Of a DNA stretch of 64,000 bases, positions 53,086 to 62,731 are shown one piece after another (positions within the stretch are counted from its first letter, which is position 1; every line of letters begins with the position of its first letter). The notes beneath the pieces were generated by a model. It had not been told where the DNA came from, did not search any database, and saw only the letters and a list, made by a program, of their open reading frames with translations. The translations under genes and the position numbers were made by a program. The stretch comes from an uncultured Eubacteriales bacterium (GTDB taxonomy: Bacteria; Bacillota; Clostridia; Christensenellales; Aristaeellaceae). The stretch lies in the NCBI GenBank assembly GCA_902761825.1, contig CACWLY010000002.1:22912-86911 (forward strand), in the 5' to 3' direction.

Positions 53086-55695
53086 TTACAGCTTGCGCGC
53101 TTTTTCGCGCAGCAGGAACAGCTTGTTGAGCGCGTCCATTGGGGACATCGAAAGCACGTCGAGCGAGGACAATTCCTCGATCAGCTCGGTGCGTCCGTAC
53201 TCGAACAGATCCTGCTGCTGATTCTTCTTTTTGTTTTTTTCCAGGATATTGCGGCCGATGGTGTTCTGGTTGATATTGTTGGCTTCCAGCCGCGCTTCGA
53301 TCTCCTGCGCGCGGGCGACCACGGCGTGGGGAACGCCGGCAAGGCGCGCGACATACACGCCGAAGCTTTTATCGGCTCCGCCCTTGATGATCTTGCGGAG
53401 AAAGATGACTTCTTCCCCGTGTTCCCTTACCGAGATCTGATAGTTTTCCACGCCTTCCAGCACGCCTTCCAGCTCGGACAGCTCGTGGTAATGCGTGGCG
53501 AATAGCGTTTTTGCGCCGCTTTTTTTCCGGTCGCACAGGTATTCCACCGTGGACCAGGCGATGCTCAGGCCGTCGAAAGTGCTGGTACCGCGGCCTATTT
53601 CGTCCAGGATCACCAGCGAGCGCTGCGTTGCGTTGCGCAGGATGTACGCGGTTTCGCTCATTTCCACCATGAAGGTGCTTTGCCCGCCTGCCAGGTCGTC
53701 CGACGCGCCCACGCGCGTGAACACGTTGTCCACCAGGGAAATATTGGCTTCGCGGGCCGGAACAAACGACCCCATATGCGCCATCAGCACGATCAGGGCG
53801 ACCTGCCGCATGTAGGTGCTTTTGCCGGCCATGTTGGGGCCGGTGATGATCTGCATGCGCTTGTCGTCGGTGTTCATGTCGGTATCGTTGGGAACGAACA
53901 TGCCGACGCCCAGCGTGCGTTCGACTACCGGATGGCGGCCGTCCCGGATATGCAGCAGCCCTTCTTCGTTGAGCGACGGGCGCGTATAATCGTTTTCCCG
54001 GGCGACGCGGCCCAGCGAAAGCAGCGCGTCCAGCGTTTTTAGCGCTTCCGCCGTGCCCTGCAGGCGCTGCATCGCTTCGGCGATGGCCGAGCGCACGGCG
54101 TAGAACAATTCGAGCTCCAGGCGCGTGCTCTGCTCCTGCGCGCCGGTGATCTTGCTCTCTATTTCGCGCAGCTCTTCCGTCGTGTAGCGTTCGGAGTTGG
54201 CCAGCGTCTGCCTGCGCTGGTAGCGGAGGGGGACGAGCCCGTAATACGCCTTTGTAACTTCGATATAGTATCCGAATACGCGGTTGTATTGGATGCGCAG
54301 CGTCTTGATGCCGGTCTCCTCGCGCTCCTTGGCTTCCAGATCGCTCAGCCACATTTTGCCCTGCGTGGCGGCGGAACGCAATTCGTCCAGCTGCGCGTTA
54401 TAGCCCTTGCGGATGACCGCGCCCTCCGTGATCTGCAGCGGAGCGTCCGGATCGATGGCGTCCTCGAGCAGCTTTGAAAGCTCGGGCAGCGGATCGAGCG
54501 CGCCCAGCGCATTCCGAACAGGGGCGCAGGCGTCCTCCGAAAGCAGGGATTGCAGGGCCGGCACCTGCTTGAGCGAGCGGAGCAGCGCGAGGCAATCCCT
54601 GGCGTTGATGGAATTGTAAGATACTTTGGACAGGATGCGCTCCATGTCGTACACGTTGCGCAGCACGTCGTAAAGCCGCTCGGAAAGCACGTGGTTGCTG
54701 TAGAGCACTTCGACGGCGTCCAGCCGTTTTTCGATGGCTTCCCTTGAAAGCAGGGGCTGTTCCACCCAGCGGCGCAGCAGCCGTCCGCCCATGGCGGTGG
54801 CGGTTTTATCCAGAAGCCAGAGCAGGCTTCCGCGAATATTCCGCCCGCTCAGCCCTTCGGTGAGCTCCAGATTGCGGCGCGTGGCGGCGTCCAGCGGCAT
54901 GGTTTGGTTTTCGGCCAGTATGCGCAGAGAAGTGATGTGCGTCATGGCGTTTTTCTGCGTTTCATCCAGATAGCGCATCAGCGCGCCCGCGGCATGCGCG
55001 GCCGGGAGCAGCGAGCCGTCGAGCCCGAGCGAGGTGAGCGAGGAAACGGCGAAATGGCCGGTCAGCATTTCGGTGGCGTTTGCGCCGCGGAACGCGGTCA
55101 GCGGACAGTTTCCCAGCGGCACGCTGACGATTTCCTTGATCGCGTCCGCGTCGTTGGTGATGATCTCCCTGGGCGATACGGAAGCGAGAACGCCTCGCAG
55201 CTCCCGCTCGGCGGTGGAAAGCTGACGGACGTAGAATTCGCCGGTCGTCACATCCACGTAAGCGATGCCGGCGCGCTTGCCTTCAAAGCAGACGGCCGCG
55301 AGAAAGCTGTTCTGACGGTCGTTGAGCGCCGATTGGTCGGTGACCGTTCCGGGCGTAACGATGCGCGTGATCTCGCGCTTTACCAGTCTCTTGGCGAGGG
55401 CAGGGTCTTCCATCTGCTCGCAGATGGCGACGCGGTAGCCCTTGTTGATGAGCCGCGTGATGTAGCTGTCCACCGCGTGATAGGGAACGCCGCACATCGG
55501 CGCGCGCTCCGGAAGCCCGCAGTCGCGGCCTGTCAGCGTGAGCTCGAGCTCGCGGCTGGCGGTAATAGCGTCGTCAAAAAACATCTCGTAGAAATCGCCG
55601 AGACGGTAGAAAAGCAGTTCGTCGGGGTGCTGCTCCTTAACCAGCAGATACTGCTGCATCATGGGCGTGACGCTGCCGATCGCGGGCCTTGCCAT
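53086..55695 (-). CDS. mutS: DNA mismatch repair protein MutS
   Basis: TPMMQQY and GDFYEMF motifs plus Walker A GPNMAGKST. ATG 55695 is preferred over TTG 55707. Confidence 0.93.
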   Translation of the reverse strand: MARPAIGSVTPMMQQYLLVKEQHPDELLFYRLGDFYEMFFDDAITASRELELTLTGRDCGLPERAPMCGVPYHAVDSYITRLINKGYRVAICEQMEDPALAKRLVKREITRIVTPGTVTDQSALNDRQNSFLAAVCFEGKRAGIAYVDVTTGEFYVRQLSTAERELRGVLASVSPREIITNDADAIKEIVSVPLGNCPLTAFRGANATEMLTGHFAVSSLTSLGLDGSLLPAAHAAGALMRYLDETQKNAMTHITSLRILAENQTMPLDAATRRNLELTEGLSGRNIRGSLLWLLDKTATAMGGRLLRRWVEQPLLSREAIEKRLDAVEVLYSNHVLSERLYDVLRNVYDMERILSKVSYNSINARDCLALLRSLKQVPALQSLLSEDACAPVRNALGALDPLPELSKLLEDAIDPDAPLQITEGAVIRKGYNAQLDELRSAATQGKMWLSDLEAKEREETGIKTLRIQYNRVFGYYIEVTKAYYGLVPLRYQRRQTLANSERYTTEELREIESKITGAQEQSTRLELELFYAVRSAIAEAMQRLQGTAEALKTLDALLSLGRVARENDYTRPSLNEEGLLHIRDGRHPVVERTLGVGMFVPNDTDMNTDDKRMQIITGPNMAGKSTYMRQVALIVLMAHMGSFVPAREANISLVDNVFTRVGASDDLAGGQSTFMVEMSETAYILRNATQRSLVILDEIGRGTSTFDGLSIAWSTVEYLCDRKKSGAKTLFATHYHELSELEGVLEGVENYQISVREHGEEVIFLRKIIKGGADKSFGVYVARLAGVPHAVVARAQEIEARLEANNINQNTIGRNILEKNKKKNQQQDLFEYGRTELIEELSSLDVLSMSPMDALNKLFLLREKARKL

Positions 55696-55727
55696 GATTG
55701 CATCCAACTCCTTCCGTGCGTGTGAAA

Positions 55728-56135
55728 TCAGCCCTGATCGCAGCCTCCGCAGGAGGCGCAGTCTCCGCTGCAGGCGCAGCGGATATCGGGCTCGATGATA
55801 TTGCGCAGCACGTCGTTTACGCCCTGCAGGAGCGATTCATAATCGTCCCTTGCCTGACGCATGGCCTGATAAGCGGGGATCGTGGCCATCTGTCCGCTGA
55901 TCTCGTCTAATTCCCGGGTCAAAGCGCCGATCAGGTCGAAATCCTTTTCGTCCTTTCCGATCTCCGCTTCCAGCAGGCGCTGCTTTTCGGCATAGGCGGC
56001 GACGCTGGCAGCCAATTGCGCGTTGCGCTGTCCGTCGGCTTCGGCCTGCTTCATCGCGGCGAATTCAGGCCCCTGAGCGATCAGGCGGGCCAGTTCTTCG
56101 GTTTTATCGTATATCTCCCGGCTCATGTGGAACAT
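55728..56135 (-). CDS. YlbF/YmcA-family regulator with C-terminal Cys-rich tail
   Basis: Helical YlbF-like body. The tail reads CACSGDCASCGGCDQG. The position between miaB and mutS matches Bacillus ymcA (from memory). Confidence 0.75.
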   Translation of the reverse strand: MFHMSREIYDKTEELARLIAQGPEFAAMKQAEADGQRNAQLAASVAAYAEKQRLLEAEIGKDEKDFDLIGALTRELDEISGQMATIPAYQAMRQARDDYESLLQGVNDVLRNIIEPDIRCACSGDCASCGGCDQG

Positions 56136-56137
56136 TG

Positions 56138-57541
56138 TCAGACCTCCTTTTCGCCGCGCAGGGTATTGCTGCCCGCGCCCGTGACGCGGACCGGTATGAT
56201 CTTTCCGATATCGGCGGCGTCGCCGTTGAAATTGACGTTGATGTTCCTGCCGCTTTTCCCGGTCAGCTGATTCGGGCGGCGGCGAGAAGCGCCTTCAACC
56301 AGCACCTGCGCGATTTCTCCGTTCATTCCGGCCAGGATTTTGCCGGTGATGCGCTCCTGCGCGGCAATCAGGCGTTCAATGCGCTCCGAAGCGACATCAG
56401 GATCGATTGCGCCCGGCATTTCCGCTGCGCGCGTCCCCTTCCGCGGACTGTATATGAAGGTGTACGCGCTGTCGTAGCGAACTTCTTCGACAAGCGAAAG
56501 CGTATCCGAAAACTCCTGCTCTGTTTCGCCGGGGAAAGCCACGATCAGATCGGTGGTGAGGCCGATGCGCGGCATGGCTGAACGCAGGGCCTGCACCCGC
56601 CGCAAATAGTGCTCGCGGGTGTAACGCCGGTTCATTTCATGCAGAATACGGTCGTTTCCGGACTGCACGGGCAGATGAAGATGCGGGGCGATCACGGGAT
56701 TATGCGCCATTTCGTCGATCAGCTCGTCGGAAAGATCCTTTGGATGCGAGGTCATGAAGCGAATACGCTCGATGCCCGTTTCGCTGACGCGGCGCAGCAG
56801 CTTCGCAAAGGAAAGGGTATCCGCGCTGTCCAGGCCGTAGCTGTTCACGTTCTGCCCGAGCAGCATGATTTCCTTTACGCCGGAGGAAACCAGCGCTTCG
56901 GCTTCGCGGATGATATCGTCGCTTCTGCGGCTGCGCTCCCTGCCGCGCACGTAAGGCACGATGCAGTAGGAGCAGAAATTGTTGCAGCCGTACATGATGT
57001 TGATATAGGCTTTTATGCTGCTCTCGCGGCGGACGGGAAGCCCTTCGGCGAGCGTGCTGGCCTCCTGATCCACCCGGATCACGCGATCCCTGTTTTCAAT
57101 GGCCTCGAGCAGGTATTCGGGCAGGCGATACAGATTGCCGGTGCCGAAAGCGAGGTCGATAAACGGGTATCGTTTCAGGATCTTTTCAGCCATATCGGCC
57201 TGCTGGATCATGCAGCCGCACACGCCGATCAGCATTTCAGGGCGTTCTTTTTTGATTTCCTTCAGCCACGTCACGTTCCCCAGCGCCTTGCGCTCCGCGT
57301 TGTCGCGGATGCAGCAGGTGTTGTGAAGCACCAGGTCGGCCTGCGTTTTTTCGGCCGCCTGGGTCAGCCCCATTTCTTCCAGCATGCCGGCAAGCACCTC
57401 GCTGTCGTGCGCGTTCATCTGGCAGCCAAAGGTGACGATATAATAAGTCTGCGGGCGATCGGGATGAAAGCGGACCTGCCGCGCGAAAGCGTGCTGGCGG
57501 GCGATCTCTTCATCGGATATCCGTTTGATTTCTTCACGCAT
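56138..57541 (-). CDS. miaB: tRNA-2-methylthio-N6-dimethylallyladenosine synthase
   Basis: ATG at 57541 lies 8 nt after GGAGGAGGA. UPF0004 Cys motifs (FGCQMN), radical SAM CNNFCSYC, and a TRAM C-terminus. Confidence 0.92.
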   Translation of the reverse strand: MREEIKRISDEEIARQHAFARQVRFHPDRPQTYYIVTFGCQMNAHDSEVLAGMLEEMGLTQAAEKTQADLVLHNTCCIRDNAERKALGNVTWLKEIKKERPEMLIGVCGCMIQQADMAEKILKRYPFIDLAFGTGNLYRLPEYLLEAIENRDRVIRVDQEASTLAEGLPVRRESSIKAYINIMYGCNNFCSYCIVPYVRGRERSRRSDDIIREAEALVSSGVKEIMLLGQNVNSYGLDSADTLSFAKLLRRVSETGIERIRFMTSHPKDLSDELIDEMAHNPVIAPHLHLPVQSGNDRILHEMNRRYTREHYLRRVQALRSAMPRIGLTTDLIVAFPGETEQEFSDTLSLVEEVRYDSAYTFIYSPRKGTRAAEMPGAIDPDVASERIERLIAAQERITGKILAGMNGEIAQVLVEGASRRRPNQLTGKSGRNINVNFNGDAADIGKIIPVRVTGAGSNTLRGEKEV

Positions 57542-58703
57542 CGTATGCGTCCTCCTCCAGGTCGGAAAGCGCGGCGCCTGTTCCGCCGCAGTGCGGGCAG
57601 GGAATATCCGGCAAAGGCGCGGCCGTGTTTTCAACGCGGCGGCGCGTGATTTCCATGAGCCCAAGGGCCGTAAAATCGTGAACCGTGGACTGCACCGGAT
57701 CTTCGCGCAGCGCTTCCTGCATCGTCCGAAGAAGCTGCGTTTTCGCGCTCTCGGACTTCATATCGATAAAGTCAACGAGGATCATGCCGCCGATCCCGCG
57801 CAGGCGGAGCAGCCGCGCGATTTCCCAGGCGGCCTCGCCGTTGATCTTTTCGGCGGTTTCCTCGGCGCTGCTTCCGCCGCCCGCCATCCCGCTGTTCACA
57901 TCGATCACGGTCATGGCTTCGCACGGATCGATCACCAGCGCGGCACCGCTTTTCATCTGCACCGTTCTGCGCAGCGATTTTTCCAGCCTGCGCCGCACGT
58001 TGTGCAGCAGAAAGGGATGCTCGCAGGTTTTGACGGGACAGGCCGGAGAAAACGGAAGGCATTCGGGAGCGTTTGTCAGGATATATTCCAGCCGGGCGGC
58101 TTCATCCTGCGCCATTTTTTCAAGAAAACCGTTTCCGTTCCACAGAAGCGCCGGAGCGGCGCAGACTTCGGCCTGCCGGCGGATCGACAGCCAGCGGGCA
58201 TAAAGCAGATCGGCTTCTTCTTTCAGCGCGGAAGAAGAGACGGACAGCGCGGCGGAGCGCAGGATGATTCCGCCTTCGGGCGGCGTCAGCGCCCCGGCTG
58301 CGGCGCGGAGCCGGGCGCGGTCGTTATCGTCGGTTATTTTGGAGGAAAGGCGAACGCCGCCGCTTTCGGGCAGATAGACCATAAATGCCCCGGCCAGCGC
58401 AATGTCCTGCGTCAGCAGGGCTTTTTTGTTCTGAAACGGGGGACGTCTGATCTGCACGGTCAGCCGCTGCCCGGACGCGGGCAGTTTTTTATCCGCCGGC
58501 AGCTGCAAAAAACCGGTTTCTTTTCCGGGCAGACGCACGAAAACGGCGTGGATGCTGCCCATCGCGCGGTCGACGACGCCGGAAAACACCTGCGATTCCC
58601 GAAGCGCGCCGTCCGATTCGCTCCGGTACGCGTACAGACGCCCGCGGTTCATCACGGCTGCGCTGAGGGCTTCGCCGTCTTTTTCAACAAGAAGGATGCT
58701 CAT
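57534..58703 (-). CDS. RNase E/G family ribonuclease (short)
   Basis: S1-like N-terminus (VFSGVVDR...AVFVRLPG..GFL) and catalytic region (VIDVNSG, GGMILVDFIDM). Confidence 0.8.
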   Translation of the reverse strand: MSILLVEKDGEALSAAVMNRGRLYAYRSESDGALRESQVFSGVVDRAMGSIHAVFVRLPGKETGFLQLPADKKLPASGQRLTVQIRRPPFQNKKALLTQDIALAGAFMVYLPESGGVRLSSKITDDNDRARLRAAAGALTPPEGGIILRSAALSVSSSALKEEADLLYARWLSIRRQAEVCAAPALLWNGNGFLEKMAQDEAARLEYILTNAPECLPFSPACPVKTCEHPFLLHNVRRRLEKSLRRTVQMKSGAALVIDPCEAMTVIDVNSGMAGGGSSAEETAEKINGEAAWEIARLLRLRGIGGMILVDFIDMKSESAKTQLLRTMQEALREDPVQSTVHDFTALGLMEITRRRVENTAAPLPDIPCPHCGGTGAALSDLEEDAYDA

Positions 58704-59359
58704 AGAAGCTCAAGGGGCGTCAGATCCCTGCCCAGCAGCTGCGTGCGGACGCACAGGACCGGGGGACGGTTTTCGATGCCGGCCTCCTGTGCCAGCGCGT
58801 CGAGCAGCAGCTCGGGCTTGCAGGTGGCGGCTTCGCACAGCGCGAGCGTGCAGGCGATGCTGTCTTCGCCGACGGCTTTCAGATCGTATATCATCGGGCG
58901 GATATCGGTCGGCTTATCGCCGCTTTTTGTTTTTTTGATCACCATGACGCTGTCCTTTTGCAGCAGCGCGGGAATCGCGGCGATCAAAGGGCCTGCGTTT
59001 TCTTTGATATTGATCAGATAGGACGCGGCGCCCAGAAGCGCCATCGGCGCGGGATGCCGGTCGTCCACCGCGCGGACGGCGACGCAGGGAAGCTCGGGCG
59101 GCAGCGCGGAACGCAGCTTTTCCTTGAATTCCTCCTCGCTGATTTCTTCCGAAAGCGGCACTTCCATCACTTCGCGAAGGCCTGCCATCCCGACGGAAAG
59201 CGGCGCGGCGAACGTCAGAAGCAAATGGGGATTAAAGCCCTTGGAAAACGCGATGGGCACGCCGCTGCGGCGGAGCGCGCGCTGCATCGCGCGCATCAGA
59301 TCCAGATGCCCGACGTGACGGAGGCGCTCTTTCTTTTCAAATATGACCAGCATTTTCAT
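58700..59359 (-). CDS. Radical SAM-linked protein (TIGR03936 / DUF2344-like)
   Basis: Contains HLDLMRAMQRALRRSG.P.AFS.GFNPH. 4-bp overlaps with both neighbouring genes. Confidence 0.75.
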   Translation of the reverse strand: MKMLVIFEKKERLRHVGHLDLMRAMQRALRRSGVPIAFSKGFNPHLLLTFAAPLSVGMAGLREVMEVPLSEEISEEEFKEKLRSALPPELPCVAVRAVDDRHPAPMALLGAASYLINIKENAGPLIAAIPALLQKDSVMVIKKTKSGDKPTDIRPMIYDLKAVGEDSIACTLALCEAATCKPELLLDALAQEAGIENRPPVLCVRTQLLGRDLTPLELL

Positions 59360-61206
59360 CTGTCGGCACACACCCCTTCAAAACGCTTCAGCCCGCAGCC
59401 CTGACAACCCTTGCGGCAATCGGGCGTAACCTCGGCGCGCTGCGCTTTCTGCCATTCGCGCCACAGGAAGGCGCGGGTGACGCCGGCGTCGATGAAGTCC
59501 CACGGCAGCAGCTCCTTTTCGCCGCGGGGGCGGTTGGCGTAGAAAGCGGGATCGACGCCGCAGTCGTCGAAGGCTTTCATCCAGCCTTCATAATTCAGGA
59601 ATTCGGTCCATCCGTCCATCCGGCAGCCGTTTTCCCAGGCGGCGTACAGCACGTCGCCCATCCGGCGGTCGCCGCGGGCGAAGCAGGCTTCCAGCATGCT
59701 CAGTTCGGGCTCGTGCCAGTTGAAATTGACGCCTTTTACCTGATGCAGGATCTCGCCCAGGCGGGCCTGCTTTTCGCGGATGGTGGGCAGATCGTCCTGT
59801 CCCTGCCACTGGAAGGGGGTAAAGGGCTTCGGCACAAAAGTCGACGCGCTGCATGTGACGCGCAGGCCCTTGGCCCGGACGCCGCGCGGGACGGAAAAAT
59901 AGGCTTTGATCACGTCCTGGGCCAGCGTGCCGATCCCCTGCAGATCCTCGTCCGTTTCGGTGGGAAGGCCGATCATGAAATACAGCTTGACCGTGCTCCA
60001 TCCGCTCTCAAAGGCGTCGGTGACCGCGCGGATCAGATCGGCCTCGGTCACGCCCTTGTTGATCACGTCGCGCATGCGCTGCGTGCCCGCTTCGGGGGCC
60101 AGCGTAAGGCCGGACTTGCGCACCTTCTGCGCTTCTTCCAGCGATTGCTTGACGATGCTGTCTATGCGCATGGAGGGCAGGGATACGCTGATCTTGCGCT
60201 CGCCGTAGCGCTCGGTCAGCGCGCAGACGAGCTCGGCCAGATGGGTATAATCGCCGCTGGAGAGCGACGACAGGGACATTTCCTCGTAGCCGGTAGCGTT
60301 TTCAAGCGCTTCGGCCTGCCGGAGCAGCGTTTCCAGGCTGCGCTCGCGCACCGGACGGTAGAGCATGCCGGCCTGGCAGAAGCGGCAGCCCTTTGTGCAG
60401 CCGCGCATGATCTCCAGCACGATGCGGTCGTGAATGGCCTCCGTATACGGGACGACGAACGCCTCGGGATAGGCCGCCGCGTCCAGATCGAGCACGACGC
60501 GCTTGCGGACGACGGCGGGCGCGGCGGGGTCGGTCGCGGTAAATGCGCAAAGCGTTCCGTCCTCGTTGTAGGAGGGCTGGTAGAAAGCCGGCACGTAGAT
60601 GCCCTCGATGCCAGCCAGCGCGCGCAGCGTTTCGAGCCTGGATTTGCCTTCCTTTTTGCAGGCGCGCACGCATTCGATGGCTTCGACCATCATTTCCTCG
60701 CCGTCGCCGATCTGGAATACGTCCACGAAGGGCGCGAGCGGTTCGGGATTGTAGGCGCAGGGACCGCCCGCCATGATGATGGGGCCGTCGGTCCTGTCCT
60801 TTGAGTAAATCGGAATATCGGAAAGATCGAGCATTTCCAGCACGTTGGAATAGCACATTTCGTACTGAAGCGTGAAGCCCACGATGTCGAACCGATTGAC
60901 CGGCGTGCGGGATTCGATGGAGAACAGCGGAAGATTTTCGCGCCGCATGCCGTCCGCCATATCGGGCCAGGGCATAAAAACGCGTTCGCACAGCGCCCAG
61001 GGGCGGCGATTGATAATATCGTAAAGGATTTTGATGCCCAGGTGCGACATGCCGACCTCGTAAGCGTCGGGAAAACAGAACGCGAAAGTGATGTCGGCCT
61101 GATCGAAGGGCTTGATCACGGCGTTCATTTCCCCGCCCGTATAGCGCGAAGGCTTGAGTACGGTATCCAGCAGTCTTTCAAGGCGCTCGGCCGAAAATTC
61201 TTTCAC
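59356..61206 (-). CDS. B12-binding-domain radical SAM protein (TIGR03960-like)
   Basis: GTG start after GGAGGA. Radical SAM motif CTKGCRFC. 616 aa. Confidence 0.8.
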   Translation of the reverse strand: MKEFSAERLERLLDTVLKPSRYTGGEMNAVIKPFDQADITFAFCFPDAYEVGMSHLGIKILYDIINRRPWALCERVFMPWPDMADGMRRENLPLFSIESRTPVNRFDIVGFTLQYEMCYSNVLEMLDLSDIPIYSKDRTDGPIIMAGGPCAYNPEPLAPFVDVFQIGDGEEMMVEAIECVRACKKEGKSRLETLRALAGIEGIYVPAFYQPSYNEDGTLCAFTATDPAAPAVVRKRVVLDLDAAAYPEAFVVPYTEAIHDRIVLEIMRGCTKGCRFCQAGMLYRPVRERSLETLLRQAEALENATGYEEMSLSSLSSGDYTHLAELVCALTERYGERKISVSLPSMRIDSIVKQSLEEAQKVRKSGLTLAPEAGTQRMRDVINKGVTEADLIRAVTDAFESGWSTVKLYFMIGLPTETDEDLQGIGTLAQDVIKAYFSVPRGVRAKGLRVTCSASTFVPKPFTPFQWQGQDDLPTIREKQARLGEILHQVKGVNFNWHEPELSMLEACFARGDRRMGDVLYAAWENGCRMDGWTEFLNYEGWMKAFDDCGVDPAFYANRPRGEKELLPWDFIDAGVTRAFLWREWQKAQRAEVTPDCRKGCQGCGLKRFEGVCADR

Positions 61207-61240
61207 TGGGGTTCCTCCATGCAGAATACTTCAGTTTTTT

Positions 61241-61269
61241 ATAATACCATATCGGACAGGTTTTGTCCA
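61241..61269 (-). promoter_or_regulatory. Putative promoter of the minus-strand super-operon (TGGACA, 17-nt spacer, TATTAT)
   Basis: On the minus strand, -10 is at 61246-61241 and -35 at 61269-61264. Confidence 0.45.
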
Positions 61270-61384
61270 TGCGCGGGATTGCTTTTTTCTGGTAGATGTG
61301 TTACGTTTTTATGACATGTGCAATACAATATGTTGTATAGGAGAGAAAAACCGCATTTTCGGCATGTAAAAAAAGATTCCGATA

Positions 61385-61413
61385 TTGACAATGGCAAATA
61401 TGGGATGTAAAAT
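61385..61413 (+). promoter_or_regulatory. Putative araC-family gene promoter (TTGACA, 17-nt spacer, TAAAAT)
   Basis: Consensus -35 at 61385-61390 and -10 at 61408-61413. Confidence 0.55.
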
Positions 61414-61452
61414 AGGTTATTGAAAGTGTGCTCTGTACAGGAGGAGTATTTT

Positions 61453-62328
61453 ATGGCAAAGTCAATGCTTTTGATTCCCGATCTCGAAGACGAAGGCAGC
61501 CAGCCGCTTTACGTGGAAGGAACGCATACGCCGGACGAGCTTGCGCGCGCGAGCGGCGTCTGGATCGGCGCGGCCGGCTCGGCGATGCTGCCTTTGGGAC
61601 TGTATCATATGTGTGAAATGCCGCGCTGGCTGTGGTTCGCGGTGGAAAACGGCCTTGTGCAGATGGAAAACGACGACGTTTCCTATACGCTGCACGGGGG
61701 AGACTGCTGCATGCTGCCTCCCGGCACGGCGGGCGTGACCGTCATGGCCACGCAGGAAGCGCGCATCCTGTGGATGACGGTGGACGGCGTTCTGAGCAAC
61801 AGCTTTCTGCAGCGCATGGGCGCGCTTCCGCATCGTGTGATGAAGCAGGGCGCTCTGCCTTCCCAGCTCACGCTCAGCCGCCATATCGTGCAGGCGGTCG
61901 TGCGCATTTCCGCCGCGCAGGACGCTTCCAGCGCGCAGCTGCAGCAGCTGCTCTGGGCCATGCTCGCTTCCCATTCCGGCCAGCCCGTGGCGATGGACGC
62001 CGTGCTTTCGCATGAAATCGCCCGCGTGGTGGACGCCATGCGCAAAAACCAGTACCGCGACAGCTTTTCGCTTGCCGAAATGGCCGCGATCAGCCGCATG
62101 CCGGTCGAAACCTTCCGCAAGCGCTTCGTGTCCGAGGTCGGCATGCCGCCGCAGAGCTATCAGCTGTTTTGCAAAATGGAGCGGGCCAAAACGCTGCTGA
62201 AAAACGGTTCCACCGTCCGCCAGGCGGGCGTGGAGGTGGGGATGAGCGATCCCTACCATTTCTCCAAGACCTTTAAAAACATCGTCGGAATGAGCCCGTC
62301 TTCGTACAGCAAGACAGCGCAGAAATAA
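61453..62328 (+). CDS. AraC-family transcriptional regulator (cupin sensor + HTH)
   Basis: ATG after GGAGGAG. C-terminal double HTH (FSLAEMAAISRM...SDPYHFSKTFK). Confidence 0.85.
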   Translation: MAKSMLLIPDLEDEGSQPLYVEGTHTPDELARASGVWIGAAGSAMLPLGLYHMCEMPRWLWFAVENGLVQMENDDVSYTLHGGDCCMLPPGTAGVTVMATQEARILWMTVDGVLSNSFLQRMGALPHRVMKQGALPSQLTLSRHIVQAVVRISAAQDASSAQLQQLLWAMLASHSGQPVAMDAVLSHEIARVVDAMRKNQYRDSFSLAEMAAISRMPVETFRKRFVSEVGMPPQSYQLFCKMERAKTLLKNGSTVRQAGVEVGMSDPYHFSKTFKNIVGMSPSSYSKTAQK

Positions 62329-62330
62329 TC

Positions 62331-62723
62331 ATGCCGGCGCTGATGTCGAAACAGCGGGCGTACCGGTTGCCCGCGCTGCAGCTTGCCTTCATCGGAGATA
62401 CGATCTGCGATCTGATGACAAGGACCGATCTGATGTTTTCCGATGCTCCGGTCCGGGAAATGCACGCCCGTGCAAGCGCCCGCGTAAACGCGCAGGCCCA
62501 GGCGGCGCAGCTGCAAAGGATCATGCACCTGCTCGATCCCGAGGAATCGGATATCGTCGCGCGGGCGAGAAACGCGCACCCGGGCCACGGCATCCCGCAC
62601 GCGGCTTCCCGGGAGGAATACATGAAGGCCACCGGCTTTGAAGCGCTGATGGGCTATCTGTATCTGACCGGGCAGATGAGGCGCGCGCAAAGCCTGTATC
62701 ATTTGAGCAACATCAAGGAGTAA
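62331..62723 (+). CDS. mrnC: Mini-ribonuclease 3
   Basis: Contains LAFIGDT..DL and FEAL.GYLYL. Confidence 0.85.
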   Translation: MPALMSKQRAYRLPALQLAFIGDTICDLMTRTDLMFSDAPVREMHARASARVNAQAQAAQLQRIMHLLDPEESDIVARARNAHPGHGIPHAASREEYMKATGFEALMGYLYLTGQMRRAQSLYHLSNIKE

Positions 62724-62731
62724 ACCGCACT

